Assembly: GCA_973895155.1 (NCBI GenBank)
Contig: OZ316891.1
Coordinates: 16,247,137 to 16,311,136, forward strand
Length of the DNA stretch: 64,000 nt
Source of the DNA: Marsupella aquatica
Lineage: Eukaryota > Plantae > Marchantiophyta
Reading direction: 5' to 3'
Shown here: positions 12,825 through 26,945 of the stretch, in pieces
Layout: every line of letters starts with the position of its first letter
Position numbering within the stretch: position 1 is the first letter of the stretch
The notes under the pieces: generated by a model
What the model saw: the letters and a program-made list of their open reading frames with translations, nothing else
Told to the model about the DNA's origin: nothing
The model's database searches: none
Position numbers and translations under genes: made by a program

Positions 12825-15800
12825 ATGCCTCCGGCAGCCATGGAAAAGTTATATTTCCAGCCATTAAGTATTGATGGCGCCAACTATCTTTCTTGGCAAT
12901 TGGACATAGAGGCACACTTGACATCCAAAGACATTGCAGACACAATCACCTCCGACACAGGATCTACTTTACAGGAGCGAGCTCAAGCGCTGATCTTAAT
13001 TAGGCAACATTTGACTGAACCACTAAAGCTTCAATATCTAAACGAGCTCAACCCACGCCGATTGTGGGAAGCACTCCTTTCTAGATTTGACCATACCCGA
13101 ACAATCTTCCTCCCGGCGGCCCTACACGATTGGATCAATCTGAGGGTGCAAGATCACAAAACCATCGCAGCTTACAATAGTGAGCTGTTCCGCATTACCT
13201 CCCAACTCACAGTCTGTCAAAAACCGGTGAATGATCAGGAATAGATCGAAAAAACTCTTTCTACATTCCATTCTACGAACATGGTCATTTCAACACAATA
13301 CCAAAACATGAACTTTACCAAATACTCGGAGCTCATAGCCCATATGCTGCTTGCCGAAAAGCACCAGATACTTTTGCTGGAAAACACCAAGCAGAGGCCT
13401 TCGGGTACCTTACCACCCCAACCCCACACGGAGACCCATTTTAATAATCCACGCACTGACCCCGGAAGTTCCTACAGAGGGCGTGGCAACGGACGGGGTA
13501 GAAATACCTCTAGAGGCCGATGGGGCAATTTTAGGAGTGACGGTCGAGGCCAATTTTGCGCATCAGGCAGGGGCCGCGGCCGTTCACGAAACACCTACAA
13601 TAGCAATACCTGGAAACAGCCACAGCAAGTCAGATCAAATCCTCGCAGCCACCCACAAAAACCAGAAGAAGCCATGACCTGTTACAGATGTGGAACGAAA
13701 GGTCATGTCCAGAAACAATGTAGAGCACCTGCACATCTGGTCGCGCTCTATAAAGCCAGTATCGGCGAAGGCGCACGAGAATCACATGGGGCATTTCTTG
13801 ATTCCACTGAGATAAGACCAGAAATACACTTAGCTCCTATTTCAGATGCACATAATCCATTAGATGATCCTACTTGTTGCATAGTCGACAGTGGGACTTC
13901 CCACTCCATCCTCAGGGAGTGCAAACATTTCAAATACATTGATCCATCCGATAGAAGTGTCACGACTATCCTAGGCAACCATCAATTAGAAGAGGGAAAT
14001 GGCCCTGCGATGGTAATCTTACCACAGAAAACAACCATACACATACGCTCTGCAATCTATGCCCCCCGAGCCACAAGAAACTTACTAAGTTTCAAGGATA
14101 TCCGAGAGAACGGATTCCACATCCAGACAAACACTATTAGTGGCCAAGAGGTGTTGAATATACTAGAGACCACTGCATCGGGAACTACGATCAAAGAAAC
14201 ATTAAAGGCGTTCCCATTAGGCTTTTATATAACAAAAATAGACAATTACCACGTAATATCCCAACTGATTAGCACCACAGAACTATGGCATCGACGTCTC
14301 GGCCACCCAGGCCTACGAATGTTCCAGAGGATCCTCAAAGATTCTCGAGGCATCCCCGCCTCAGTGCACCCAGCCTCATTGAAAGAACCATGCTTACCTT
14401 ACTCGCAAGGGAAGCTAGTCCTTCGCCCATCCCCAACAAAGACTGACAAAAGGATACCCAAGTTCCTAGAAAGAATTCATGCAGACGTATGTGGACTGGT
14501 GGACCCCCCCAGTGGCCCCTTCCGATTCTTTCTGGCCATAGTAGATGCCTCCTCGAAATGGTCTCAAATTTCACTCCTTTCCACCCGAAATTTAGTATTC
14601 TCCAGACTCCTTGCCCATATACTTAAACTTAAGACACAGTTCCCGGAGCATCCCATTAGAACTCTTCGAGTAGATAACGCTGGTGAATTTACGTCAAAAA
14701 CATTCAAAGATTTTTGCATGACTGCTGGAATTGACTTAGAGTACCCAGTCCCCTACGTTCACTTTCAAAACGGGATGGCCGAATCATTGATTAAGCGTAT
14801 ACAAACCGTAGCGAGGCCACTCCTCATGCAGACCAACCTTCCACAAACAGCCTGGGGACACGCAGTCCTTCACGCAACAACTCTACTACAATATCGCCCC
14901 TCCGCATTTAACGATGCATCTCCTCATAGTTTAGCCTTCGGATCCAATCCCAACTTATCACACTTTCGCACCTTTGGCTGCGAAGTCCTCGTTCCGATCA
15001 TGGGTCCCAAATGAACCAAACTTGGTCCATAACGCCAGAAAGGCATTTATGTTGGTTTGGACTCACCGTCCATCATACGATATCTCGACCCGACCACGAC
15101 AGATCTTTATAAGGCACGAATGGCAGATTGCCATTTCTATGAGTCGGTATTCCCTAAACTGGGAACCACACAAAACCTCGAGAATACGAACAACCAACAA
15201 TTAAAATGGCAGATTGACTCCAAATTTTGGAATGACCCTCGGACCCCACTAGCGGATCGCGAGGTACAAAGGATCCTCCACCTTACCAAGGTACTTGGAG
15301 ACCTCCCGGATTCCTTCGCGGATGTAGCCCAGGTCACCCGATCGCACGTACCAGCCGCCAATACCCCTTCGAGAATTGAGACCGATGGACAGCCATCAGC
15401 CGAGGTAGTCCCAAGGCAGAAATGAGGCAGGCCACTCGGTTCCACTGACAAACGCCCGCGCCAAAGAAAACCCACCATTCCTGCAGTCAATAATGCCATA
15501 CTCCAGCCACCATCATTAGAACAAGGAGAGGAAATCTCCATACATTATAATAAAACCGGACACATCTGGGATCGATCTACTTTAAAGATGGACGATAGAT
15601 TCGCTTTCCAAATCTCAAAAGACATCATAGCGGACTTACCCGATCCCAGAACAATTGCAGAAGCCCAGAAACAAGAAGATTGGGAACATTGGGAGAGAGC
15701 CATCAAATCTGAGCTAGACTCACTGATCTCCCGACACGTCTTCGGACCAATCACTCGAGCCCCTCCACAGACACACCTTACGGGATATAAGTGGGTGTTC

Positions 15801-17391
15801 GTAAAGAAACGAGATTCCAAAGGGACAATTGTGAGATACAAGGCCCGATTAGTGGCCAGGGGATTTACACAAATTCCCGGCAAAGACTATGACCTCACCT
15901 ATTCTCCAGTCATGGATGCATTACGTACCGGTATTTAACTGCATTCGCACTCCACCATCAATTATCCATGCATCAAATGGATATAGTCATAGCTTATCTC
16001 TACGGCACGTTAGATAAAACGATACACATGGAAGCCCCACCAGAATTGATATCTAGAGTACATTATCATAGTCAGGGGGAGAATAACACAGAAAATGTCA
16101 GCCAGAACAACGACTACTCATTCAGGCATACTGATCATGCCATACTACAGAAGACTTCAAAAGCAATTGCATTCATTCAGCAATCTGCACACCCCGCCAC
16201 GGGCGCACTTCCTGCTAAGACAAAATTTGCTGTACAAGTTTTACGTTCTCTGTATGGCCTCAAGCAAAGTGGCCGGACCTGGTACTACAAATTCAAGGAT
16301 GAATGCTAGCTATGGGTTTCAAGAACAGCGAGATAGCTCCCTGCGTGTTTATCAAACGCGAGGGCAGTGAACTCATAATCGTCGCTATATATGTTGACGA
16401 TCTTAATCTGTTTGGAACCGCTAAGATTATGCTAGAAACGATACACATACTCAAACGTGTTTTCGAAATGCGAGACATGGGGCAAACTACTTTTTGCCTT
16501 GGCCTACAGTTTGAGCATCTCCCGAGTGGAATACTACTCCACCAGACCACGTACGTCAAGAAAATGCTCCAACAATTCCACATGTCGACAAGCAAAGCAG
16601 TAAGATCCCCAATGGACCTACGGTCGTTGGACAAAGAAAAGGATATCTTTTGCAAAAGAGAGGAAATAGAACCACTTCTTGGTTCAGAGAAACCTTACCT
16701 GTCAGCCATAGGGGCGCTCATGTTTGTTGCCAACCAAACCCGCCCAGACATAGCCTTCGCAGTCAATCTACTCGCCAGGCACAGTTCACAACCGACTATT
16801 CGGCATTGGAATGGAATCAAACAGATCTTCAAATACCTCCATGGTACATCTGATCTGGGCCTCTTTTACCCCCGACAATCTCGCATCACACTAACCGGGT
16901 TTGCCGATGTAGGATATTTGTCAGACCCTGCAGACGCAAAATCACAAACGGGATACATCTTTCTCACAGGAAACACTGCAATCTCTTGGAAGAGCACAAA
17001 GCAGACATTAACGACGACGTCATCCAACCATTCTGAAATCATAGCACTGTATGAAGCGAGTCGTGAGTGCATTTGGTTAAGGAATGTAATCAACCATATT
17101 GCCGAATGCACAGGAACGAATACACTAACTGCGCCTACTGTCATCTTTGAAGACAATCGGCCTTGTGTCGAACAGATAGCAGCAGGTTTCATCAAAGGCG
17201 ACAAAACAAAGCACATTGCACCGAAATTTTTCTTTGCACATGAACAAAATGGACACCAAATCGATGTGCGATGGATTTCGAGTGCAGAGAACTCAGCTGA
17301 TCTACTCACCAAGGCCCTACCACCTGCTATGCATCAGAAATTAACCTTCTCCATTGGAATGCGCAGCCTAAAAGTTTTGTTGCAGCCCTGA
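12825..17391 (+). pseudogene. Copia gag-pol (gag, CCHC knuckle, PR, IN, RT, RNase H), disrupted
   Basis: CYRCGTKGHVQKQC, IVDSGTSH, LWHRRLGHPG, RVDNAGEF, YKARLVARGF, SLYGLKQSGR, IYVDD, FEDN. Stops at about 13242, 15012, 15030 and 15423, plus frameshifts near 15930 and 16305. Confidence 0.95.
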
Positions 17392-17936
17392 TATTCATCG
17401 ACCCCACGTTCCAGGGGGAGCACATCACCTGGAGAGTCTACGTAGCAACATGCACGCAACGTCCGAAAAAGCCACGCTCACGGGCTCGACCAAACGCTGT
17501 GCGACCCACCATCTCATGACCATCCGAAGTATGGCCCACCATCTCCACGAGCCTCGAGCGAATGCGGCCCACCACGACTAACTTTAGGGCTTACGATGCG
17601 GTTTCCATACGACTACTCACCACTAAAATGACACGACTTTACTCACGATACCGTCTCTATACACACATGTTACGGCATACACACCCTTAGTACCCCTGTT
17701 TATTCAGGACATAATTCTTTTTAGGATTCTGATTAGTCTACAACTGTTTTTGGAACATGGATGGTGATACTCTTTCCTCCCATTGATGGGGAGGTTTTAG
17801 GGAGGTCACATCCTATTCCCTAACTATATCATGATGAGAAAATAAAATAGGAGAAAGCAGAAGAATACAGTAGAAACAAAGCAGGTTTTGAATGGGTACA
17901 ACTTTTTCCCTGGAAAATGTCATACCCAAGGGGGAG

Positions 17937-18106
17937 TGTTGTAACCCAGGTTAAACCTACTTACCATAGTTCTACTTGCCTAACTAGAGTTCTACCTAAC
18001 TCAGTTAGGATAACTGCCTCAGGGCAACGGCCTTCAAGCCGCATGTACTTATTCTTCTCCTTGGGAGTATACAAGAGATCTTTTTCCATCTTGTCATGGT
18101 CCAACA
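17937..18106 (+). repeat. Copia 3' LTR
   Basis: Preceded by PPT 17928-17936 and followed by TSD AGTAG. Confidence 0.95.
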
Positions 18107-19459
18107 AGTAGAACATTTTGAATGCATGAGCTATGGATATATCATTCAAAATTTTACTCACATGTAAATCTTAGTTGTCACCATCTCCCTCTGCTAGTGT
18201 ATCCACCATGTTTGCCAGATATGAAAACTTGGATTCAACCGGGATCACAAGAGACCAATCAGGCTCATTGTCAATTTGACAAAGGATACCTTGAGCCACA
18301 TGCTCAATCATGCAAAATGGCTCCTCTTGGAAAGACACAAGGTTGGCTGTATTTACCACTTTGAATGTAGATTCATCCCTTGTCCTCACTGCATTATGCG
18401 GTAGGTTTAATATTCCCCTAATTACATCCTCCTCCACCACAGGTCGATACCATTGAACTCTGAGTAGTTTAATTTCCACTAAATGACCATAGGTCAATAC
18501 AATGATGTCAGTTATGTATCCAACATAACTCAATGTATCACCAGTAGGATTTTGGTCCATCCTACTTGCAACGCTTTGCTGTGAAAATGTGTTAGTCACA
18601 ATAGAATCATAGGTTTCGTGTTTAGTCTCATCATATTCTCTTGTCCTGAAATGAGATCCACCTGCATTGATATGTTTGTATGACAGTGGATCACTGGTAA
18701 GTCCCCGACTGATTGCCCAAGATAAGTCATCAGCCATAATTGTTCCTCTTTGCTCTTCAATGCTGTCGAGAAACCATATGTCAAACGATGGCATTGATTG
18801 CAAAGCAGGAGGGAATCGTGCACATCTATTTTGTAAGCGCCATTGGCGTCGTCCCTCCATGTGCAATTCACGTGCATGCTCATATGCATCTCTCCACTTG
18901 CTCATACATGTGGTATTTTGAAGAACGTACATGTGGGCTTGCTTTCTTTCACGTTCAGACCGAAAGGTATAGACTGAACCAACTCCTTGCAGCACCACAA
19001 CATTTTTACATAGACGAGTTTCATGCCAAGAGTGGGTTGCTCCACTGGTTGGCCTATCACCAATAGAAGCTACACAGGAGTTATAGTAAAAAACTGATTC
19101 CCTCAGGAGATGCCCTTATGCTATACTAGCCTCCGGATGTGCTCTATTTTGCACATGTTGCTTCAACCTACCCATAAATCTTTCCCATGGATACATCCAT
19201 CTAGGAGAAAATGGGCCATGCATTCTGATCTCTTGGACCAAATGGACTACCAGATGAGTTTGAATTACAAAAAATGATGGCGGAAACTCTTTCTCCATCA
19301 AGCACAAAGCTGTAGTAACATCCACCTCCAATCCATCAATGTCTGCCAAAGATATTTGCTTGGCACAAAGTCTCCTGTCATGGGAACCAGTCAAGCCTAC
19401 TAATTAATTAATTAACAGTCACGAACAAAACAAGCCTCTCAATGTACGTACTCTACGTT

Positions 19460-19731
19460 TGTCAATAATATATAGATCTGTGCAATGTAGCTAGAACTAA
19501 TTAAATATGGAAACAATAAGTTCATGAGATAAAGCACCACAGCATCAAGTGAAATATATAATCAATTGTTTCTACAAAATAGATACTCCCTAGCCTCTGT
19601 CAATAATGTATAGATCTGTGCAAAGTAGCCAGAGCTAATTAAATATGGAAACAATAAGTTCGCGATATAAAGCACCACAGCATCAAGTGAAATACATAAT
19701 CAATTATTGTTTCTACAAAATAGATATTCCC
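19460..19731. repeat. Tandem duplication of about 138 bp in a transposase intron
   Basis: GTCAATAAT..AGATCTGTGCAA..AAATAGATA occurs at about 19460-19590 and 19599-19731. Confidence 0.8.
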
Positions 19732-20968
19732 GTGTCTTGAGGAGTTAGACAGTATAAAAGTACAAGAACCTGAAAACTCCACAAAATTTGTATATGGCTT
19801 GACGAACTAATGGAGTTAAAAACCCCGTATAGCTATTGGAAAACCATGATGAAGCAGGCAATGGTAGTCATGAGACTTGAGCCCTCTTGGCGTGTTAGTT
19901 GCAAAAGAATACTTAAACCCTGCCCCATAATATGTTGGAAATCTGATTGAGGATAGTCGTCTCATGAATATTTTCTTCTCTTAAGAGTTTAATATCCAAG
20001 GGGCCTGTTGGAGGTCAGGAACACCAGGAATGCACCAAGAAGCTGGTTGGACATTGTATGCCTCACAATTCAACCGGATAGCACGCCCATCCTTGCCCTC
20101 TGTCCCCATTATAGTTTGCAACAAATTTTTGGATACATTGGCTTCAATATGCATTGGATCCATCAAATGAGGTTTCTTCAGATCCTGCAGCATTAAGCGC
20201 ATTTAGTCAACTAAGCATTTCAAATTTGGGGGTGTACTATAAATTATGTTAATGAAAAATCATCACAGAACCTTCGATCAGAAAGATATATAGGAAATTG
20301 CATTTTTTTAAAGGTTTCATAATAAATTTAGAATATATACTCTACTACGTACAGAGTAGTCCAAATTCTGCCGTGCAAATCACACACACCTTCCAATATG
20401 TGAGTTGGTACCATATAGCAAGTCTCTTCATCCCTGACTGTTTTTGTGTTATATCACCATTTTCAACCTCTTCCCACCTATTTAACCAATCATCCCCATC
20501 CGGCCATATTGGAGCTGATTCTTCTTCGATCTTGCCAAACCAATGGTCTGTATCATATCTTATATAATGTCCCATTGGTAATGAACGTCGATGGCGTCCA
20601 TACAGTGTTTTGGACAGCCCAACCTCCCACTTTGAATCTAGGTCATCATGGCACATGGGACATCCATGTAGGCCCGTTGTTGTTAATCCTGAACAGTACC
20701 CACAGCCTGCCCATGCATTGACATATTAAATACATTTCATGCAAAAGTCTAGTATGGTAGACCATTCACAAAAAATGCCGAAAAAACTCTGAGACAACAA
20801 TATAATATAACATTGCACTTTATCCACCGACGTATTCTTACCAGGCCAATCATGCATTGTGCAGAATAACATAGCATGCAGGGTAAACCTTTGGTCCATG
20901 TTCACTGGAATTGAGCCATCCATTGCCATCACCCCTACCCACAATAGCTTTAGCTCGTCGACTAGAGG

Positions 20969-21307
20969 GAGGTGTTTACAAAAGACAGCAAACAGGAAAC
21001 AGGATTTAATAACAGAAACTGGTAACAGGAAAAAAACTGGTAACAGGAAAATGGGTGGAATTTTTTTTTGAATTTTTTTTTTTTCGGTCGACCAGTTTTT
21101 TTCGCTAGCGCCCAGCGCTGCTAATAGTAGCGCCCAAAGCTAGCCAAAAATGTTGCATTGTTAATTTTTTTTGGAAATAACATGTTTTAGGAGATATTTT
21201 TAAATTGTCATTTTTCCTGGTAACAGTGATTTTTTCCTGGTAACAGCATATTAAAAACAGGAAAAAAAATTCTTGTTTACCTGTTTCCTGTCTCCGTCAC
21301 TATACCC
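20969..21307. mobile_element. Non-autonomous MULE (MITE-size, 339 bp)
   Basis: 9-bp TSD GACTAGAGG (20960-20968, 21308-21316). Removing it restores the CACTA peptide LDVYFQPLV-DELKLLW. Ends GAGGTGTTTACA and (reverse complement) GGGTATAGTGAC; GGTAACAG repeats; two central palindromes. Confidence 0.9.
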
Positions 21308-22941
21308 GACTAGAGGTTGGAAGTAAACATCCAAAAATTCTCTAGGGATCTGGCTTGGACTTGTATGTATTCATGACATCATCAAATTCATCCTTAGTAG
21401 AAAAATCAGATCACAAAGGTGTTTTGTAATTATTCAATGATGAAGAACAGTTAAGAATAATACCTCACCTGGCAGTATCATGACCATCCAAGAATATCCA
21501 TGCTTGGTGGCCAACCAAGGTGCAAGTTGAAGGTGTTGATGATGACAGGCCATATGCTGTAAGGGGTGGAATGTCCCTTCCCTGCAAACGGGCTGACTCC
21601 ATCCATGGCAAGTCCCAATAGTAAGGAGCGAGGGTCAGACATTTTATCAGAAAATTTTGTCCTTGCATGTTCCAAGCTGTCCCATCCACGGGACTAGTCA
21701 GAATCCCATCTGTTTGATTACTGCTATGCCATTGGTACAATTTTGCAAACTCAGGGTTTTGAAATGCCAATTTAAGTCGTGGAATCAATGGAAAATATCT
21801 CATCACCTGAAATACAAACATGCACATGAGTATCAACCATGAGCTATAACTAATTAGGAAGCTCTAGGACAATTCGACATTCATGTCTTAGAGATGATTT
21901 ACACCATCAACTTCACCACAATGACTATTGAATATCTCATGATCCTTAAAAGTTTAGACACACATGAATATTGATCCTGTACGTACACAGACATACGAGC
22001 TATAGCGTGTTAGTAAATTTATACCAGTTCACCTCATTTTCTAAATATTGCTTAAAACAGAGCCTAATAAATAAATGAGTGAAGGTATCTGAAGAAATGA
22101 ATAACTGGATGACGAATACTGACCTGACGAGGGGTTTTGCTGTTAGGATAATATCTTGATTCTCCGCATTCTGGACAACTGGTTATATTGGCGTGAAGTT
22201 CACGGTATAGAATGTGATGATTTGAGCAAGCATGGATCAATTGGTAATCAAGACCAAGTGTAGATATCATTTTTTTTGCTGCATATGATGAAGTTGGAGC
22301 CAGGTTTCCCGGTGGTAAGCTTTTCCCTGCCAACTTGTACAAATCGTTCATTGCAGATTCTGAGATGTTATGGGTAGTCTTGATTTTACTCATCAATAGA
22401 CAATATTTCCCCTTTGACATTGGAGCACCCTCATACAAAGGATCAGATAAATCTTGGTAAGGTAAATGGTTTGGTGGAAAATCTTGAGGGATTCTGTCAT
22501 CATCCCGGTCATCATCAACAAACTCATTTTCCAGTATGTCATCTACATTCAAGTCGGGGTTCAGAGGTGGTTCATCTTCCATTGTATGCTCATCAGGCAA
22601 TTGGAGTTCATCAAATTCATCCAAGTCCAAAGCGTATATGTCTCTGGTTACATGAAGATGTTCTTCAGAACCTTCTGAAATTCCAGGTTGTTGAGAATGA
22701 GCATTTGCAGGGATTGCAATAGGTCGGGCCATAGCTTCAAATTGAAGGCCACCAACAATCTACAGAATGATCCCACGTACATAAAATGGTGAATTGACAT
22801 TTAGTATCCAATTTACCAGCAACCTTAACAATGTAATACATTGAAATAAAAATGATCGCAAAGATTTACCAATAAGCTGTACAACAAGGTCGAATGGATA
22901 CTAGACAACTGCGACTTAAATACAGAGAATGTTGGTTCTTT

Positions 22942-23490
22942 TTATTTAACAAATGGATATAATGCAAAAAGTTCCTCTCCAGCAAGAATGGTTTTATACG
23001 CCATTGTCCAAATATGAGGAAGATCAATTGTCTTATGAAGACGAGTATTACGTTCCCATGACTCCTCCCACTCTACATTAATCATTCCTGGCATCTGAAT
23101 GCCACTGTTGATGTATCCGGCAAGATTCCAGGTATATGCTGGTGTGCCATCAATATATTGGGAACTTCTATAATGTGAAGTACTATGGGCATTGGCCATC
23201 AGAGTGTATGCTTTCATTGAGGGCCAAGTATGCACAAGCATCTCCCAGTTAGCCATTGGATACATTGGTCCAGCATAGGGGAAAAGGGACACATTCTGAC
23301 ATAAACCAGAACGGGTTTCCCGAACAACTATGTCTTCGGAAGCAAATAACCCGAAACCTGCTTGCACCCCAAGGGTGGACGGCTTAACCTCCCATTTTCT
23401 ACCCCAACAAGTAAATATCTCCTGAATGGGGATGGGTTGAGTATAACCATAGTGACGTGGATTATACCCTTCAACATAGACCGTACATGT
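22942..23490 (-). CDS. SET-domain (lysine methyltransferase-like) coding segment inside the CACTA transposase gene
   Basis: WEVKPSTLGVQAGFGLFASEDI, FPYAG, YIDG..NLAGYINS..NVEW, AYKTILAGEELFALY give the SET motifs in correct order. Frame is open upstream of the listed ORF to a TAG near 23500. Confidence 0.8.
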   Translation of the reverse strand, partial: TCTVYVEGYNPRHYGYTQPIPIQEIFTCWGRKWEVKPSTLGVQAGFGLFASEDIVVRETRSGLCQNVSLFPYAGPMYPMANWEMLVHTWPSMKAYTLMANAHSTSHYRSSQYIDGTPAYTWNLAGYINSGIQMPGMINVEWEESWERNTRLHKTIDLPHIWTMAYKTILAGEELFALYPFVK

Positions 23491-26289
23491 GAACTACATA
23501 GTGAACTTCCTATCCCTGGCAACGACAATGTTGTTATAATGACTCCATTTTCTTGGACAACATAATCTCCAAGTGTATTCTGATTGTGAAGCCCATTAAT
23601 ATGACCAGGAAGTGGCACTGCCTCTTCTAATGATTCCTCAACATCGGAGCCCTACACAAGAGGGTAAACCACATACAGCTTAAGGTGCCAAGAATAAGAC
23701 GTTTGCTTCCTATTCTAGTGTTAAATCTATTTATCATTCAAACAGAGTATAACAACCACAACAGATTAATTTATCTACAGTCAATGGAAAATTAAAGTAA
23801 CAAAATTGATTAAATATATAATGCATCTTACCCCTTCTGTGGTAAATACTCCATCTCTTAGCATGTGAGTATCTCTTATATGTTTCTCGCGAGTACTGGC
23901 GCCTTTGCAGGTCATACACCAACAGAGCCATCTAGCACTTGTATTTCCCCCAGGCCATGGGTCACCAGGCCGTGGTTGCCTTCTGTAGGATAAGTCCTCT
24001 CTTGACGAAGCCATCACAACAAAGTCTTAACCTGATCTCAATGCTGCAAGGTACGTAGATAGGAGTCAACAATTGACAAGCTTTGGAATGTGCCAATTAC
24101 AACCTGCAGTCAAGAAATATCTGAGAGGTAAAAAAAGGTTTTCTATTGAACTTAATTACTCTAGATTGACCTTCAGCAAGACCTTGGAGAGTCACCTAGC
24201 TTGGAGACCTTCATTTGTCATTTCAATCCTAACTGTGCTCCGCTTTATTCACATATATCTTGTCTTGTGCAAGACATTCTCCTTTGTCCATTCGATTATG
24301 ATTGGGAACCCTTTTCAAACTAATTGCATCAATTAACAAAAGGGCTGCATGAAAATTTTCTTTTTAACATGACAGACTACGTACGTGGACCTGACTAGAG
24401 ATTTGCTGTGCTCTTAATTTGACTACTACGTAAACTGTGGAGATCTATTCCTTGGACACTACTATATCAACTAGGATCCCAATAATTTGAGGATGAGTTA
24501 CATCTCTATCTAGTCCATCTCAAGTCACTCCGTCTTCCCTCATTACCTGCTAGAACAATTAATGTACTTGACCTCAGACCAAATTGCACCACAATCAGAG
24601 CTCTAACCTGATTCTAACATTGTCTAGCTAGTATATTAGATGATACCGACAAATAATTAACAGTACCCAAGACCTAAACTATTCATAATCTGGAGCAACA
24701 CAAAGGCGGAGATCCAATTATTGATAGACGATGCCCAACCCAGGTACAAAACCTTCGAGCGCGTCATACCACAATCAAGGACTAAGATTAATTAATAAAC
24801 AATCCACATCACACTATAGCTAGCAAGCAAAGTGAAGGAGATTGGAGCTTGGTTGGGTTTAGCCACCATTCCAATGAAGAAGCAAAGGACCAGGTTATTC
24901 CTCAATTCTCACCTGGCCTCTACGTCTATGTTTTAGGTGAGAATTCTCCCCCAATTTCTCCAACAAAGAAAAAGAGTTGATCTGTTGAGCTTACTCTGGA
25001 TTGAACATCAATCTTGTCTTGTACACTGCCGCCGTCTCAAAGAACACATTGTGGTTGCTACTGGGTACTATGCAGCGGGGCTTTGAGGATCTCTTGCATT
25101 GGATTCCCCAATCTACTTTGGCCGTCTCTCTTTGGAGTATGGTCGTAGGTGTACTCCGTCCCAACAATGTAAACATTGTCCTTTGGGATTCCCGGGGCCC
25201 ACTCTGTCTCTCGGGTTTTATCTTCGAGTAAAAAAACAAGTTAAGGATGTGACCTGCTCTCGGGACCTGCTGTCCCAAAGGTAACACTTGTCTAGTTTCG
25301 TTGGGCCCACTCTGTATCTCGGATTATTCTCTTTGAGTAAATAATTGAGAATGAGTCGTAGGATATTGAATATATTCCAAAAGTTAAATAGCTGAATATA
25401 TCCCAAAGATGTAAGCATTGTCCCAAAGTTAACTTTTTGGACCAAGTGTACGTGTGACCGCCAAATAATTCCATGTACCGCTAGATTAGAGCCGTCTTTT
25501 TTCCCTCCCAATAAAATCCATATCAGATCAGGCTTTGTACCTGCATTTCTTTGTTTGAAATTAACCCTTGGAATTCACTGAAAGGTTGCGTGTTTGATGG
25601 TGAAAGAGTGTTGTGGTGTTGGATTACTTTTTGTCACTGAAAGAGATCTAGCATCAATGGTCAAAGAGTGGTGCTCGGCAGTGATGCAATGTCGCCTCAT
25701 TGAGAAAAGAAGTTGCCTCTAGAGAGATATAGCTTCATTTGAATGTCGAGGAGGTGACAACGGCCAAGGATAAACTGAGAAATTTGGGACAGAGCTCTTC
25801 GGGGAGCTCTCTCACTTGGTGCGACAACTCCTGCGACAATTTCAATCATCATGAGGACCCGCGGGAGGAAGAAACTAAGATCTGGACCAACCAAAGATCC
25901 CGTGAAAGGTATTCCGTCGATCGAAGCCTGGCAGTTGAATGTGCTTAGATTAGCTTTGCCTTTGTTCAACTAGTTTAATTTGATTAAGTGTGATAGACTT
26001 AGGTATACATACTGTAACTGGTTTCTAGGTTCACTTGGATGATTCAATAGTCGATATACAGCCTTGGCTTCCATAGTTTTTCATTGAAAGATAGACATCA
26101 AATTGCAATGTTCAGTACGTCTATTGGTGTGGATGAGTACGTGCAACACTAATTCCTAGGCTTTATAGATGATTTGATGGTTGATCCCTCAAACTTCTGT
26201 TTTGCTAGATTCTTTGTAATATCTATCACCAGCCTTTGCGAGATTGATTTTACTAAAAGTGTAGTCTTCCAACATTTTTGGGATATAAT

Positions 26290-26945
26290 TATTAGACATA
26301 GTTCTTGGAGATAGGGAAATTCCATTCATCTCGGGAGCCATTATTGATCTGATCTAGCTTTTCAAAAGGTCCGCAGTAAAACATTCCCGACTATGCAAGG
26401 GGATTAATTTTTTGTAGTAGTAGATTTAATAGATAATGAACTGGCCGGGGTTATTTCACCTACGTACGTAACCTTTGCAGTGCAATTCCTAACATTGCAT
26501 ATCTTTTCCAATATCTTTCTTAAGGAATGTGTTTTTTATTGGTGAAATCTCCATGATTGCTGTGATTTTTGTCTGGTCCTTTAGACATAGTTTTTGGAGA
26601 CAGGGAAATTCCATTCATATCCGGAAGCATTCTTGATCTGATCTAGCTTCTCAAAAGGTCTGTAAAACATTCCCGACAATACAAGGGGATTAATTTTCTG
26701 TAGTAGACTTAGAGTTAATAGATAATGAACTGGCGGGGGTTATTTCACCTATGTACGTAACCTTTGCAGTGCAATTTTTGACATTGTTCCAATATCTTTC
26801 TTAAGGAATGTGTTTTTTATTGGACAGTGGAATCTCCATGATTGCTGTGATTTTTGTATAGTCTCTTTTCCAATATCTTTCTTAAGGAATGTGTTTTTTA
26901 TTGGATAGTGGAATCTCCATGATTGCTGTGATTTTGTCTGGTCTG
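26290..26945. repeat. Local tandem duplications (about 290-bp unit plus shorter repeats) upstream of or intronic to the TnpA-like gene
   Basis: TTAGACATAGTT..GGGAAATTCCATTCAT block occurs twice; CCAATATCTTTCTTAAGGAATGTGTTTTTTATTGG occurs three times. Confidence 0.8.

Larger units (their letters stand above)
12229..18106 (+). mobile_element. Complete Ty1/Copia LTR retrotransposon, Bianca lineage
   Basis: 170-bp LTRs (TG...CA), 5-bp TSD AGTAG (12224-12228, 18107-18111), PBS CGTTATCAGCACGA, PPT AAGGGGGAG. Bianca-type motifs TYSPVMD and KHIAPKFFFAHE. Confidence 0.95.
18171..24017 (-). pseudogene. CACTA TnpD-like transposase, multi-exon
   Basis: N-terminal CWCMTC (transposase-associated); IHACSNHHILY..CPECGESRY; MRYFPLIPRL; LAMDGVSPF; LDVYFQPLV/DELKLLW; MHDWPG; MDPMHIEANV; EKEFPPSFF..HLVVHL..WMYPWERFMGRLK (DUF4218-like); YVGYITDI..VQWY (DUF4216-like). 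GT-AG introns. Confidence 0.93.
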
